IMG/VR virus record: IMGVR_UViG_3300038393_003172
Coordinates: 1-64,000 of that record
Strand: one strand, 5' to 3'
Length of the DNA stretch: 64,000 bases
Origin: a virus
How positions within the stretch are numbered: position 1 is the stretch's first letter; every line of letters starts with the position of its first letter. Positions 10,299-21,679 of this stretch are shown here, piece after piece. Position numbers and translations under genes: made by a program. The notes under the pieces were generated by a model that was not told the DNA's origin, did not search any database, and saw only the letters and a list, made by a program, of their open reading frames with translations.

Positions 10299-11528
10299 TC
10301 AGCCCTTCACGCACACGACCTGCTTGAGCGTGTGAACCACATCCACCAGGTCGGCCTGCGCAGCCATCACGGCGTCTATGTCCTTGTACGCCTGGGGCGT
10401 CTCGTCCAGCACGTCGGCGTCCTTACGGCACTCCACGCCGGCGGTGGCCGCCTCGTGATCGGCCAGCGTGAATCGCTTGCGGGCCTCGTTGCGGCTCATC
10501 GCGCGGCCAGCGCCATGCGAGCAACTGCAGAAGCTCTCGCGGTTGCCCTTGCCGCGCACGATGAAACTGCGGGCGCCCATGCTGCCGGGGATGATCCCGA
10601 GCTGGCTTTCTTGCGCGGACACGGCGCCCTTGCGCGTCACCATCACGTCCGCGCCGAAGTGCTTCTCGCGCGAGACGTAGTTGTGGTGGCAGTTCACCGC
10701 AGAGCAGACGCATGCAAACGGCCTGTGAATCGCACTGGCCATGGCAGACAGGGCCGCTTCCATCATCAGCTCACGGTTAGCGGCGGCAAAGCGTTGCGCC
10801 CAATCGAGCGCCTTCCAGTAGTCGTTGAAAAGCTCAGAGCCCTCGGGGATGTAGGCCAGGTCGTCGTCGGGCAGGTTGATGAACCAGCGACGCATGTCCT
10901 TCTTCGCCAGCTCGATGAAGTGGCTGCCGATGGCGTTGCCGATCCCCCGCGATCCCGAGTGCAGCATGATCCAGACGCGCTGCTCTTCGTCCAGGCAGAC
11001 CTCCACGAAGTGGTTGCCCGTGCCCAGGGTGCCGGCGTGCGAGGCCGCGCGCTGCGCCGCCTGCCGAATTGCCGGGTACTTGTCGCTGATCCAGCAAAGC
11101 TCGGACATGATCGGCTGCATCTTGACAAGCACGTCAGGAGGGGTTGTGCCCCAGGCGCCACGGTCCCCGGAGCGGCCGTTGTTCGTGCGGCCATGCGGGA
11201 TGCGGGCCTCGATGGCGCTGCGCAGCCCGGCCAGGTTGTCGGGCAGATCGCTGGCGGTGAGCGTCGTGCGCTGGGCGATCATCCCGCAGCCGATGTCCAC
11301 ACCCACAGCGGCCGGGATGATGGCGCCCTTGGTCGGTATGACGCTGCCCACCGTGGCGCCTTTGCCGAGGTGAACGTCCGGCATCACAGCCATATGCTTG
11401 TGAATGAACGGCATGCCGGCGATGTTGAGCAGCTGCTTGCGCGCCTCGTCCTCGACCTGCACGCCGCGCGTCCATGCCTTGATCGGCACGCGGGCGCCTT
11501 CCATCACTTCATAGCTGTAGGTGGTCAT
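10299..11528 (-). CDS. rtcB: RtcB-family RNA ligase
   Basis: MPDVHLGKGATVG, VGVDIGCGM, GTLGTGNHFVE, MLHSGSRG, CHHNY, TRKGA, IIPGSMG, SHGAGR, DETPQAYK, KQVVCVKG. Confidence 0.97.
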   Translation of the reverse strand: MTTYSYEVMEGARVPIKAWTRGVQVEDEARKQLLNIAGMPFIHKHMAVMPDVHLGKGATVGSVIPTKGAIIPAAVGVDIGCGMIAQRTTLTASDLPDNLAGLRSAIEARIPHGRTNNGRSGDRGAWGTTPPDVLVKMQPIMSELCWISDKYPAIRQAAQRAASHAGTLGTGNHFVEVCLDEEQRVWIMLHSGSRGIGNAIGSHFIELAKKDMRRWFINLPDDDLAYIPEGSELFNDYWKALDWAQRFAAANRELMMEAALSAMASAIHRPFACVCSAVNCHHNYVSREKHFGADVMVTRKGAVSAQESQLGIIPGSMGARSFIVRGKGNRESFCSCSHGAGRAMSRNEARKRFTLADHEAATAGVECRKDADVLDETPQAYKDIDAVMAAQADLVDVVHTLKQVVCVKG

Positions 11529-11545
11529 CAGTTTTCCTTCTTCCG

Positions 11546-11623
11546 TTGCATAAAACTGGCCGGCTGTCCCATAAAACCGGCCCGGAACTGCATAAAACCG
11601 GGCGCGCGTTGCATAAACACGGG
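11546..11623. repeat. Four direct repeats (core CATAAA) at an exact 21-bp period upstream of rtcB
   Basis: CATAAA begins at 11549, 11570, 11591 and 11612; the first three read CATAAAAC(C/T)GG. Confidence 0.8.
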
Positions 11624-11652
11624 CTTCCGTCCCGCGAATCAGCCCGGCTGTC

Positions 11653-12219
11653 TCACCAGTACGCGTTCGGGTTCTTGTGGTCCGGGTACTGCTGCGCCAG
11701 CCACACAGCAGCCTGCTGGCGCATCGCATCGCGGACTTCGTAGCTGTCGCTTTGCGAAGCCGTGCCGAAGTCCTTCAAGGGCTTGCCGGCGTCCATCACA
11801 GACACGGTGGTCTGTCCCGCCTGCGGCGTGTCGTAACGGCTCTGGACGTAGTAGCGCGGCTCCAAGTTCATGTGCGCGCTGCGGTCGTAGAACGCAGCCT
11901 TGTAGAAGATCGACGCGCGCTTGCGGCCCTGATCGTCGTGCAGGTAGCTCCACATGGCGTGGTCGCTGGCGACCTTCTTCCAGCCCGGCGGCAGCGTGGC
12001 CTTCACGAACAGGTCGTCGGCGTCCTCACCGAACACGATGCCCAGCGCCTCAAGCTGCGCGCGCGTGGTGCCGTGTAGCAGTTCCTTGGGCAGCGTTTCG
12101 GATGCTACGAAGTCGCGCTGGCCGCGCGCCTCCTGGGCCTCGATGCCTCCGGGGGGGGAAGCCACTTTGAAGTTTTCCATGTCGCCCCTCAGAAGGGCGC
12201 CAAAGGCTGCAGGGTTCAT
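11653..12219 (-). CDS. Conserved phage hypothetical protein
   Basis: PGGIEAQEARGQ...LPPGWKK..SDHAMWS...RASIFYKAAFYDR. Confidence 0.7.
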   Translation of the reverse strand: MNPAAFGALLRGDMENFKVASPPGGIEAQEARGQRDFVASETLPKELLHGTTRAQLEALGIVFGEDADDLFVKATLPPGWKKVASDHAMWSYLHDDQGRKRASIFYKAAFYDRSAHMNLEPRYYVQSRYDTPQAGQTTVSVMDAGKPLKDFGTASQSDSYEVRDAMRQQAAVWLAQQYPDHKNPNAYW

Positions 12220-14233
12220 CGGTCAGTCCTCGGGTTAGGCCGCGCGTCGGCGGCGGGTTGGTCATCGGTAATAGACAAGTGCGCTGAATCAGCACCACCA
12301 CAGCACGACGCGCGTCTCGGGCGGTAGCGCCTCCACGAAGCACACCACCGCGTAGTCGATGCCGCCTTGGCCTTGAGCACCAAACAAATGGTGGGCCAGC
12401 CGGTGCGCCGGCATCCATGTCAGCGGCACGTGGTAGGCGTCAGTCTTGCGCTCGGTTTCGCCTTCGTCGTCCCACCAATACACGCCCTCGGGCAGTGGTA
12501 TCGCCTCAGCCTTGATCCGGTCGAATGCTTCGTAGTCCTGCCAGAACAGCCGCAGGCGGTCGTAGGCGATGACAGGCTGGCCTGGCCGATGTTGATACTC
12601 GAACGCCAGGTACAGGTTTGCGCTCATGGGGCCCGACCCTTCATGACTTCGGCCACCTTGGCATCCATCTCCGCAGCGTCCAGAGCGAAGTCCAAGTTCT
12701 GCCAGGTTTCCCCAGGCAGAAGAAACCTGAGCCTATGAATCTCAGCTCTCCCGTCCGCGTGCAAATGGATTTCGGCCCTGAGCTTGTGAATGTTCTGGCA
12801 CAGGAACTCGTAGCGAGCGCGCAGCGTCTCGTAGTCCAGCCGAGGCTGCGCCGGGGTCGTGACGCGCAGCAGCTCGTCCATCATCTCGGGGGCTTGGTTG
12901 GTGGTCATCAGAAAAGCTCCTTTTGTGGCGCCTCGGCCGCGTGCTTGGGGCACAGGTGTTCGTCGGGGCCGATCTGCTTGGCGTGCTCGCTGCAGATGGG
13001 CATGTCGCATGTCTTGCCTTCGTCGCCAACTGGCGCGTCGCACAGGAACGCCGACGCTTTGCAGCAGTGGTGGTACGTGGTGCCCAGGTGCTGCCACTCG
13101 AAAGGCGCCCTGCACGGTGCATCGTGCAGGCGCTTGCCGCCGATCTTGAAATGAACCAGGCCGAGGTTGGGCACCCGGTAGAAGGGCATCACTTCCCTCC
13201 GTTGCGGTCGCGCAGCCAGTTGGCCGCGAGCAGTGCGACGAGAAGGCCCAGCATCCACAGGCCGGTTTCAAGCCCGGTGTCCATGGGCGCCCCTTCGGCA
13301 CTGATGCTGGATGCGAATGCGCAGCGCGAACAGACGGCCCTGCTTGAGCTTTGGACGGACCTTGCCGCCAACGTACAGCCGGCAGCCCCACACGTAGACG
13401 CTGGGCACCATCGGCTCCGTGCGAAGTCGGTGGACCGCCTGCCGCCGCAACACGATCCTGTCGTGCGTGTGGCTGCGCCTTGGGGTGTAGTCCTTCGGGG
13501 TGCGGTAGCCGCTGTGCCTGCCGCGTTTCTCCATGGCCCGCAGGCGCTTGTCCATCATCAGGGTTCTGGAATTGCTCATTCCTCGTCGTCCTCGTCGGTC
13601 TTCAAGAACAGCCACAGCACCAGCAGCGAAAGCGCTCCGACGAATAGCCAGTAGCCGGTCATGAACGAGCGGTGATCGCCGAAGCAGAGGCTGTAGTAGG
13701 TGTGGGTCAAGTCCGTTCCTTGCTTGCCCATACCAAGGCCTCGCGCTGCTGCTCCGGGGTGCCGTGCTTGAGCATCACAGCAGCAAGCTGGAGTTGCGTT
13801 TCCGGGTTGCTTGGAACGGGCATCTTGGTGACGGTCGGCGCCTCCGTCACCATAGTTCGGTCGCACGCGTACTTCAGCGCATCGGCGACCACGCCAGAGG
13901 GTTCATCGCCCTGCACGGTGGGCACCTGCTGGCGCTCGTCGTTGGCGTCGTAGAGGTCCACGTGCAGCTCGCCAGCTTTCACCTGCACCACGATCTGCCA
14001 GCCCTCGGGCAACTCACGCTTGGCCTGCTCCAGCCGGTATCCAAGCAGGCTGTCTCCTGGGCCAATCTGCGCAGAGGCTTGCTCATGCACATGGAACGCG
14101 GCCCTCATGAGGTCAACGATCTGACTGCAAGCCTGGTACTGCAAATGCGCGGGCAATGCCTTCGACACTGACGATGGGGACTCGCCGGCCTTGTTGTAAA
14201 CGGCGTGCAGGAACGTCTCCAGCGTGTCGAACT

Positions 14234-15064
14234 TCATGCTTCGCCTTTCCGGCAGCACTCGGCCGGCAGCTTCGGGCAGGAGGCGCAGTCAGGCCCATCA
14301 GGCAGGGCGCGCAGCGGCTGCCAGGACACGGGGCGCACCTGATAGAAGCCGCTGCCGTCCGAGTAGGGCAGGAACCACCCGTCGAAGGATGGCTGTTCCT
14401 CACCGCCGCCGCAGGCGTAGTGCATGGGCTCCAGCAGCTTCCCGTCAGCCGCGCGCCCGCGCACATACGTGCAGTCCTGCGGCGCAGAGCTCAAGGCGTC
14501 CCAGCGCCCTGGGCGCCATTCCACGTCATCGCTCCAGTGCCGGCGGATGCGCCGGTAGGTGTTGATGGCGAACTTGAAGCCAGCCGCAGCGCGGCGAACA
14601 GCGCCGCGCTCCTGTCTGAAGCGCCAGCGCGAGAAGTAAGGCAGCTTCGTGTCGCCATCGAAGTCGCGGTCGATCTCGGTGAGCACCACCTCGTCGGCCA
14701 CGTGCAGCGCCAGCGCGTACACCTGGGCGCCGCCTATGACGTAGATCACTGGCTCACGCAGATGCGTCAGGCGTGCAATGGCGAACTCCAGTGATGGAGC
14801 CAGTTCCTGCGCACCGCATTCCGCTGCAGCCGCAGCGTGTGCCTCTGTGCGCGTCAGCACCACGTTGCGCCGGCCCGGCAGCGGCCGGTGCTGCGCAGGC
14901 AGGCTCTCCCAGGTGCGCCAGCCCATCACCACCGCCGCGCCCATGGTGAGCTTGCGGAAGTGCTCCATGTCTTCGGGGAAGTGTCCCCAGGGCAGGGCAC
15001 CCTTGTGGCCGATCACGCCGTTGCGGGCGACGGCGGCCACCAGCACGACGCGCGGGCGGCTCAC
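14234..15064 (-). CDS. folA: Dihydrofolate reductase with C-terminal extension
   Basis: VAAVARNGVIG..GALPW..PEDMEHFRKLTMG..VVMG.RTWESL...PLPGRRNVVLT...YVIGGAQVY; GTG start. Confidence 0.9.
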   Translation of the reverse strand: MSRPRVVLVAAVARNGVIGHKGALPWGHFPEDMEHFRKLTMGAAVVMGWRTWESLPAQHRPLPGRRNVVLTRTEAHAAAAAECGAQELAPSLEFAIARLTHLREPVIYVIGGAQVYALALHVADEVVLTEIDRDFDGDTKLPYFSRWRFRQERGAVRRAAAGFKFAINTYRRIRRHWSDDVEWRPGRWDALSSAPQDCTYVRGRAADGKLLEPMHYACGGGEEQPSFDGWFLPYSDGSGFYQVRPVSWQPLRALPDGPDCASCPKLPAECCRKGEA

Positions 15065-16333
15065 TGCGCCACCTCGGGCGTGGCCGGCGCGACAGCGAAC
15101 GAGGGATGCGGCGGCAACGGGCACCACACCGGCGGCGGCGTGGCAATGCCGTTTTCCACGGCCTGCGGCGGCAGTTCCTGGTGGTTCATCTGCGCGCACT
15201 CCCAGCGGCCGTAATTCCGCTTGCGGTACGGGCAGAAGGCGCAGGCAGTGATAGGGATGCAGCGGATCACGGCTTTGCTCCTTCGCTGCCCGTCTTTACA
15301 CCTACCGGTATGGCGGCCTGTTCGCCGCGCAGCGGGCTGCCCAGCCCGTGCTGGCGCTGGCACTCCAGAGCCTTCCCGATCACTTCCGTGGCGTCCCGGC
15401 CGCCCCTGACCTTCGACGCGATCATGCGAATGAACATCGCCAGCTCGGCTACAAGCAGTGGCACGTCGCCGAAGCCCAGGCGCTGGTGAGCCTGCTGCGC
15501 AGCAGGCGTGCTCATGTCGGCCATGGACTCCAGCACCGCCAGCACGATGGCCGTGGCGTTGTCGCCTGTGCTGTCGTGGGCAAATGCGGTCAGCGCCTCG
15601 TCCACGCTGGCGAAGCCCACGAGCCGCTCGGCGTCGGCCCAGGTGGCGGGTATGACCGGCGCCGCGGCGGCAGCCGTGTTCACGGCGCTGACGAACTGCT
15701 GCAGCGTCGCGCCGAAATTCTCCTGGGCCTGCTGTGCGTTCTGCAGCCGGGATTCCCTGGCCTCCTGCAGCCGCAGCCGCGCCAGCTCGGCCACATCGCC
15801 TTCAGGAACCATTCGCATGCCTTCCGGCGCCCGGTAAACCGTGCGACTCTCCATGCCGGCGTCCAGCGCCAGCTTGTAGCCGTTGCAGGTGTCCATGAAC
15901 GCCATGAACCGCTGTGCGTCCTCGGACTTGAGCGAAAAGGTCACCGGAGGCTTGCCGTCCTCAAGGTCGATGTTCATCACTGGCATGAGGTTTCCTCCGG
16001 GTTATCGGCCTTGGCCTTGGCTTCCAGCGCCGCTATGTCGTCGGCGCTGGTGATGCCGTAGTGCGGCATGAGCGCGCCGCCTGCGTGCCAGAGGCGCTCC
16101 CATGCTTCCTTCGTGATCCCGCCGCGCTGGCGCTGCGCCAGCAGCATGTAGACTGCCAGGAACAGCTCGCGTTGCTCCGCATCCACCTCGGTTTTCCTTT
16201 CCAACTCGGCACGAACAAGGCCAGTCAATTCCCCGATGGTCCCGGGTTTGCCGTAGGCCATGAATGACAAGTCAACCAGGGCATCTGTGGCGGTTTTGGG
16301 CTTATCGCAGGTAAACAAGGTGCCTCCGTTTTT

Positions 16334-16373
16334 GTAGCGCGGCGCTACATCATATAGAGAATCCTGTGGATAA
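16334..16373. promoter_or_regulatory. Operator A plus a perfect DnaA box
   Basis: GTAGCGCGGCGCTAC at 16334-16348; TGTGGATAA (= TTATCCACA) at 16365-16373; AT-rich intergenic region. Confidence 0.65.
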
Positions 16374-16953
16374 CGCTATTCCCGCAGGGTGGTTGTGTAA
16401 CGCATCGAACTGCTGACCTCACGCCTTGCTGGTCAAATTTGTCAGCGCCTGCGTTACCGCAGCGGCAATGCGTTGCTCCATGTGCTTGCCCAGCGCCAGC
16501 GCAACACGCTGCTCCAGCATCTGCCCTATGTCGTGGTCCAGCCGCTGCTGCAGATTCGCCAGCAGTTCATCGCGCAGCTTGCCCAGGCGCTCGGGCGACA
16601 GGTCCATCCCTTCGGCTATGGCGCGTTTCAGCGCCTCGTCGGCTTCCGTCTGCAGGCTTTCCTTGACCTCTTGGCCTATGGTGATGCGCCGACCCTTTAT
16701 CACGACCCCGGCGCGCGCTATGGCCTCGCTTGCAGCCTGCTCGACCTGCAGCCGGACGCTATTTTGGAAGTCGGGCAGGTTCAGGTCCTTCTGGACGAGC
16801 CGCTTCACGGCCTGGTCGATGACGGCGTTGCGCAGGGCCAATCGAGCTTCAGTGCCCTCAGGGAACAGGGCGGCCAGGGCGGTGTTGTCAAGGGATAGGT
16901 ATATGGACATGGTGTGCAGATCGTTGTGTTGTCAGGCGGTGGTTAGGCAGTGG

Positions 16954-17511
16954 TCAGGCGGCCTCTTTGCGGCGGAACATCCATGGGCGTGTTTCCATGG
17001 TCGGGATAGTTTCGTTATCAACATATGGCTCCAGTGCGATGGAGTGGTCAGATACAGAAGGCCCCTCGAAGAACAGAACCACCGCACCGCGAGAGAAGAA
17101 AATGGAATGCACCTCGTCAGCCTTCATGGAGTAGCACTCGCCTGTGCTGTAGCAGTGGTCTGCGTGGACCCAGCGGCTGACCCCAAGAGGCTCTTTGGAG
17201 TAGTCGCCCATGGCCCCCTTGTAGGAGAGCGACGAAACGCAAAACTGATCTGCTGCCGGATGGTCCGCAGCGGCTCTACGCCACAGCCGGTTGCGCACGT
17301 TCCCGCGCAGCACCCAGCACTGGAAATCAAATCGGTGGCTGTGCGGCGTAATCGCCTCTTGGTGCTCGCGGCTGCAGTGAAAAAGCCGCACGGTGCCGCG
17401 CTCGCTGCGTCCCCCAATGAGGTAGCTGGTCAGGCCCGGGATAACGTAGTTGCTCACGGGAGAATGAGCCATGCTCATCAGCGAATCGACATCAAATAGG
17501 ACCGAGTTCAC
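16954..17511 (-). CDS. Cupin-like phage protein
   Basis: TPHSHRFDF..WVLRG and EVHSI motifs; start uncertain. Confidence 0.45.
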   Translation of the reverse strand: MNSVLFDVDSLMSMAHSPVSNYVIPGLTSYLIGGRSERGTVRLFHCSREHQEAITPHSHRFDFQCWVLRGNVRNRLWRRAAADHPAADQFCVSSLSYKGAMGDYSKEPLGVSRWVHADHCYSTGECYSMKADEVHSIFFSRGAVVLFFEGPSVSDHSIALEPYVDNETIPTMETRPWMFRRKEAA

Positions 17512-17876
17512 GCTTCTTTCTCCTTTTGTGCGTTGTTCCAGGGTTCGGTGACCGTCCAGCCTGCAGCGCGCAGTTCTTCGACCACCTTGCGAACGTGCGG
17601 GCACACGTAGTGAGGGTTCAGCCTCCAGCGCCTGTAGCTGTACGTCACCTCGCCGCGGTCGGCGGGGGCCTTGAGCAGCCCGCGGATGCGTCGGCCGTCT
17701 GTGCCCAGCGCAGTGCGCAGTTCGGTCGTTGTCATGCCTTCCTCGCTGCTGCCGATGAGCGCCAGCACCCGGCGTGTCTCGCTCGTGCTGGCGCCGCTGG
17801 CCTGCAGCGCGGCCGGTATGCGGTTGATGGGTTTGTTCATGGGTCTCCTGATCTGCTGCTGGTCAGCCATGGGCGC

Positions 17877-18293
17877 TTATCCGTTAGTGATGGAATCGAG
17901 TTGTTTGGACAGCCAGGCTTTCTGCTGCCCGATGCCCATGCCGCGCATCGGCACGGTCACGTCAAGGCAGGCCGTCCAGCCCCGGTAGCACCGGCCGGCG
18001 AGCACCTCCAGCGGCTCGGCCAGCAGCCGCGCCGCGCCAAGCTGCGCCAGAACCAGCGCATTCCATGCGGCCAGTCGCTCGCGCGTGGCGTGCGCCAGCG
18101 TGTCGTCGTACGGCTGCAGCACCGTGTCCGGGGCCACCAGCCCGTGCTTGGCCGACAAGATGAACCAGCGGGCACCGCGCAACGCGGCCAGGGAGCGGGC
18201 CTTGCGGAACAGGTCGCCCTGGTAGAGCAGGCGGGCCTCGGCCGGGGCGGCCAGCTTGGCCTTGCTGCAGGCAACGAGGATCACCCGCTCCAT
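17877..18293 (-). CDS. DUF6884-like protein
   Basis: ILVACSKAK...PA..LY.G.LF...WFILSAKHGL...GIGQQ. Confidence 0.7.
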   Translation of the reverse strand: MERVILVACSKAKLAAPAEARLLYQGDLFRKARSLAALRGARWFILSAKHGLVAPDTVLQPYDDTLAHATRERLAAWNALVLAQLGAARLLAEPLEVLAGRCYRGWTACLDVTVPMRGMGIGQQKAWLSKQLDSITNG

Positions 18294-19149
18294 CACAGCG
18301 TCCTCTGCGTCACGGGTACACATGCCAGTTCGGGCGGCACGACGAACCCGCTGGGGCGAACCTCTGCCGGAGCGACGGTCTTGATCGTCCAGGCTTCGCC
18401 GCAGGCGTGGCATTGGTAGTGGCGCGGCGGCAGGTCGATGCCGGCCGGCGACTTGGTGAACTCGTCCAGCGGCGCGTGGTGCCCGCACTTGCACTGGATG
18501 CCGAACCCATCGGCCACAGCCTTCAGGGCCGTGGGCTGCGCTGGCTGCATGAGCTTGTCCATGCGCTCGCGCAGGCGGGCGAACTTCAGCGAAACATCAG
18601 CCATGGATCACTCCTTAGGCCCGGCGGGCTTTTCCGCCCAGGCGATCACGCGGCCCTCCACCGGACGTCCATCGGCTGCCCAATGCCATCCATCGGCGTC
18701 GTGCCACGCATCGAACACTTCGGGCTGGCCCGCGACGGCCAGCAGCACGGTCTTGCAGGACTCGGGCAGGTGGTTGCGCCCGGCCATGCGGTGCCACACC
18801 ACGGTTTCGTGCGCCGTGGCGCGGCCGATCTTGATGCGTGCCTTCGGCGCGGGTGCCGCCAGGTGGGCAAACTCCGCAGCACGCTCGGCCACCACGTACA
18901 GCCCCTTCTGGCGCGGCCCTTTCAGGTTCACCAGCTTCTTGTGCTTCACCAGGTTCCAGACAGTGAACTGGGCGCTGTCGCCCAGTTCGTCCACGATTTC
19001 GTCCATCGTGCGCGGCTCGTTGCAGTAGGCCAGCACCTCCCCAGATGTGCCCATGTTGTAGGAGGCAACGCGCTGGCGCTGTGTGGCCATGAGGTTCACA
19101 GGCAGCGTAACGGGGCCTAGCAGTTGATCGAATGGGCTGGCGTTCATGG

Positions 19150-20964
19150 TCAGGCTCCCTGTGCCACGCTGATCGCCACCGCCACGTTGCGCACCCAGAT
19201 GGGCGCCGCGGAGAGCTGGAACGTCTCGCCGGACCATGCGAGCAGTAGAGTGCGCCCCATCTCGCTGGCTATCGCTTCAGCGGCAGCGGGGGGGACGGCG
19301 TTTCCAATTCTTTCCCTCCAGTCGCTGTCGCTCAGGCCGTCGAGCTCCAACGCTTCCTCCGGCTCCACCAGCGACTGCATGACGGCGCACTCCCAGGTCG
19401 TGAACGGGCGGTGCCAGGTGCCGTCCTCGGCCACGATCAGCGCGTTGATGTTGTCGGTGGCCGCTGGCAGCAGCCGCGGGTCGGCCACGCTCCAGCGCCC
19501 GTTGTCATGGCAGGCCGCCGCGCTCACCGCGCCGCTGGTGCCGTCCCATGGCAGCACACCGTAGTGGCCGCCCGTCAGGTAGGCCGCGCGCTCGGCGTCC
19601 ATGCCGCTGCGCGGGTCGGCCACGGACAGCCAGCCGCCCTGCACACCCTTGCCGCCCGCGATGACCGTGCGCGAGGGCTCGCCCCACTGCCCGACCACCA
19701 GGTTGTTGCCGTGGCGATCCCATTGCGGGCGCGGGTCGGCCAGCGCCAGCCCGCCCGCCGTGGGGCCAGCGCCGCCGGTGATGGCCGGCGAGGTGTCGCC
19801 CATGCGAACCACGCGGAACACGTTGTTGTGCCGCACGCCCTCGGGCCGCGGGTCGGCCACGCTGTAGGTGCCGCCGCCGGGCGCGGACTGCCCGGTGATG
19901 GCGCCGCTGGTTTCATCCCAGCGCCGCACGCCGTACTGCTGGTATTGCTTGGCAGCTTCCGGTGCGCGCGGGTCGGCCACGCTGAAGGCGCCGGTGGCCG
20001 GGCGCGCGTTGCCGGTCACCGTGCCGGCGCTGTCGTCCCAGGCATGCACGCCCAGCGCCGTGTTGCGCATGTCGGGCACGATCAGGTAGTCCCGCAGCAC
20101 TCCGTCCTGCACCGCCAGCCGGTTGAGGCTGCGCCAGTCCTTGCCGGCCTCCACGAACGCGAGGCGCACCCAGGTCTGCCACTGCAGGCGCGGCAGCCGG
20201 TGCATCGGGCCGGCGCGCATGTCGCCCGGCAGGGGGGCACGCGACAGCACGTCGCCAACGGTCAGCAGCCGGTGCTGTTCCGGCTCGTACAGCAGCGGCG
20301 GCACCTTCTCGGTGTGGCGCGCAACCATCAGGAACCGCTTGCGGCTCTGCGGCAGCTTGCCGATCTTGCCGCAGTCGTGCGTCGTTTCGGCCACGGCGTA
20401 GCCGAAGGCGCGCAGCATGGACTGGATCTTGTCGAGCAGTGCCCGGCCGCGCGTGGCGATCATCGGGACGTTCTCGAAAATGATCAGCTCGGGCGGGTCG
20501 TCGCGCCATGCCTCCAGCATCAGCCACATGCCGCGAACCGTCAGCTCGCTCAGTGCGATGTACTTTCCCGTGAGACTCTTTTTCGCGGAGAGCAGGCCCG
20601 AGAAGGCTTTGCACGGCGCGGACAGGAACACGATGTGGGGCCGCTCGCCGCCGGCTGCACGCTTAATGTCCTGGGGGGTTGCCTCGTGCCATCCAGCGGG
20701 CGGCTGCCGGCCCCAGAAGCGCACGTACTGGCTGCGGTCGAACAGGTCCAGCACCGTGCCGGGCACACCGGCCAACCGGCCGAAGTCGCGCACCGCAGCG
20801 GGGTCCACGTCGATGCCGCCGATACAGCGGAAGCGCGCCTCCATGTTCCCGACGCGGGCCTCGCCTTGGTTGAAGCCTTTGGCGCCGCCGCCCAGGCCGG
20901 CGAACAGGTGGAAGTGGCGAATCTCACGCACGTCCGGTGCAAAGGTAATTGCGTCACGTTTCAT
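19150..20964 (-). CDS. DNA cytosine-5 methyltransferase with internal ADPR repeats
   Basis: HLFAGLGG (motif I), SAPCK (IV), FENVP (VI), QSRKR (VIII), IGNAVPP (X); repeated SVADPR units. Confidence 0.92.
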   Translation of the reverse strand: MKRDAITFAPDVREIRHFHLFAGLGGGAKGFNQGEARVGNMEARFRCIGGIDVDPAAVRDFGRLAGVPGTVLDLFDRSQYVRFWGRQPPAGWHEATPQDIKRAAGGERPHIVFLSAPCKAFSGLLSAKKSLTGKYIALSELTVRGMWLMLEAWRDDPPELIIFENVPMIATRGRALLDKIQSMLRAFGYAVAETTHDCGKIGKLPQSRKRFLMVARHTEKVPPLLYEPEQHRLLTVGDVLSRAPLPGDMRAGPMHRLPRLQWQTWVRLAFVEAGKDWRSLNRLAVQDGVLRDYLIVPDMRNTALGVHAWDDSAGTVTGNARPATGAFSVADPRAPEAAKQYQQYGVRRWDETSGAITGQSAPGGGTYSVADPRPEGVRHNNVFRVVRMGDTSPAITGGAGPTAGGLALADPRPQWDRHGNNLVVGQWGEPSRTVIAGGKGVQGGWLSVADPRSGMDAERAAYLTGGHYGVLPWDGTSGAVSAAACHDNGRWSVADPRLLPAATDNINALIVAEDGTWHRPFTTWECAVMQSLVEPEEALELDGLSDSDWRERIGNAVPPAAAEAIASEMGRTLLLAWSGETFQLSAAPIWVRNVAVAISVAQGA

Positions 20965-20978
20965 CGAGCGAATCTCCA

Positions 20979-21028
20979 GGGGGCAAGGTGATGTAGCGCG
21001 GCGCTACATGGCAGGCATCTTGCCCCCC
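20979..21028. promoter_or_regulatory. Operator A nested in a larger inverted repeat upstream of the methyltransferase
   Basis: ATGTAGCGCGGCGCTACAT at 20991-21009, flanked by GGGGGCAAGGTG / CATCTTGCCCCC. Confidence 0.75.
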
Positions 21029-21679
21029 TTTTGGCGTTAACCAAAGGGCCTAGACGTGTGTATGCGCTACCGTTGCGATTGCAACGGAGACTCGCCGTGT
21101 TCCTCGCTCCATGCAGCGCGCATCAGCTCATCGAACTCGGCGCAGTCGTCGCACACCGGAACGCCGAGGTTCTCACCCTTTTCGCAGCACCAGAAGTCGG
21201 CCGGCTGCAGCGCCAGCCGCACCGCCTCCTCCGGCAGGCACTGCGCCGCAGCGACATACGCGATGGCCTTTTCCTGATCGCCGTGGCAACTCCCGTTTAG
21301 AGCGTCATCGACGGCACGCTTGACGCGCTCCCGGGCGACGATGGGTGCCGTCACTTGCGCCACCCTCGCATCGTGTCGGCCGCGATGGCGGCGTCCATGT
21401 GCATGCCGTAGTCCCGGGCCTTGAAGCCGGGGAAGCGCTGCTCGTAGTCCTTGGACAACTGCTCTGCTTCCTTGTCCAAAGCGGCACAGAATTCTTCAGC
21501 AGTGAACACGCCCTTCCCAACGAGCATCGCCACCAAGGCCGAAACCTCGGCGCGCAGCAGGATGGTCAGCTCGCGGTGGTCGCGCACCGCATCACTCTCC
21601 GGGTCGCCCTTGGGGCGGGTGCCCAACTGCCAGCCGGCGAACACGGCTCGCCACTTGCACAGGCGCTGCAGGGCCGCAC

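Noticed and set aside
19560-20040. GGGTCGGCCA-type nucleotide repeats as a DGR or repeat array
   Set aside because: They encode the ADPR peptide repeats of the methyltransferase; no reverse transcriptase in the window
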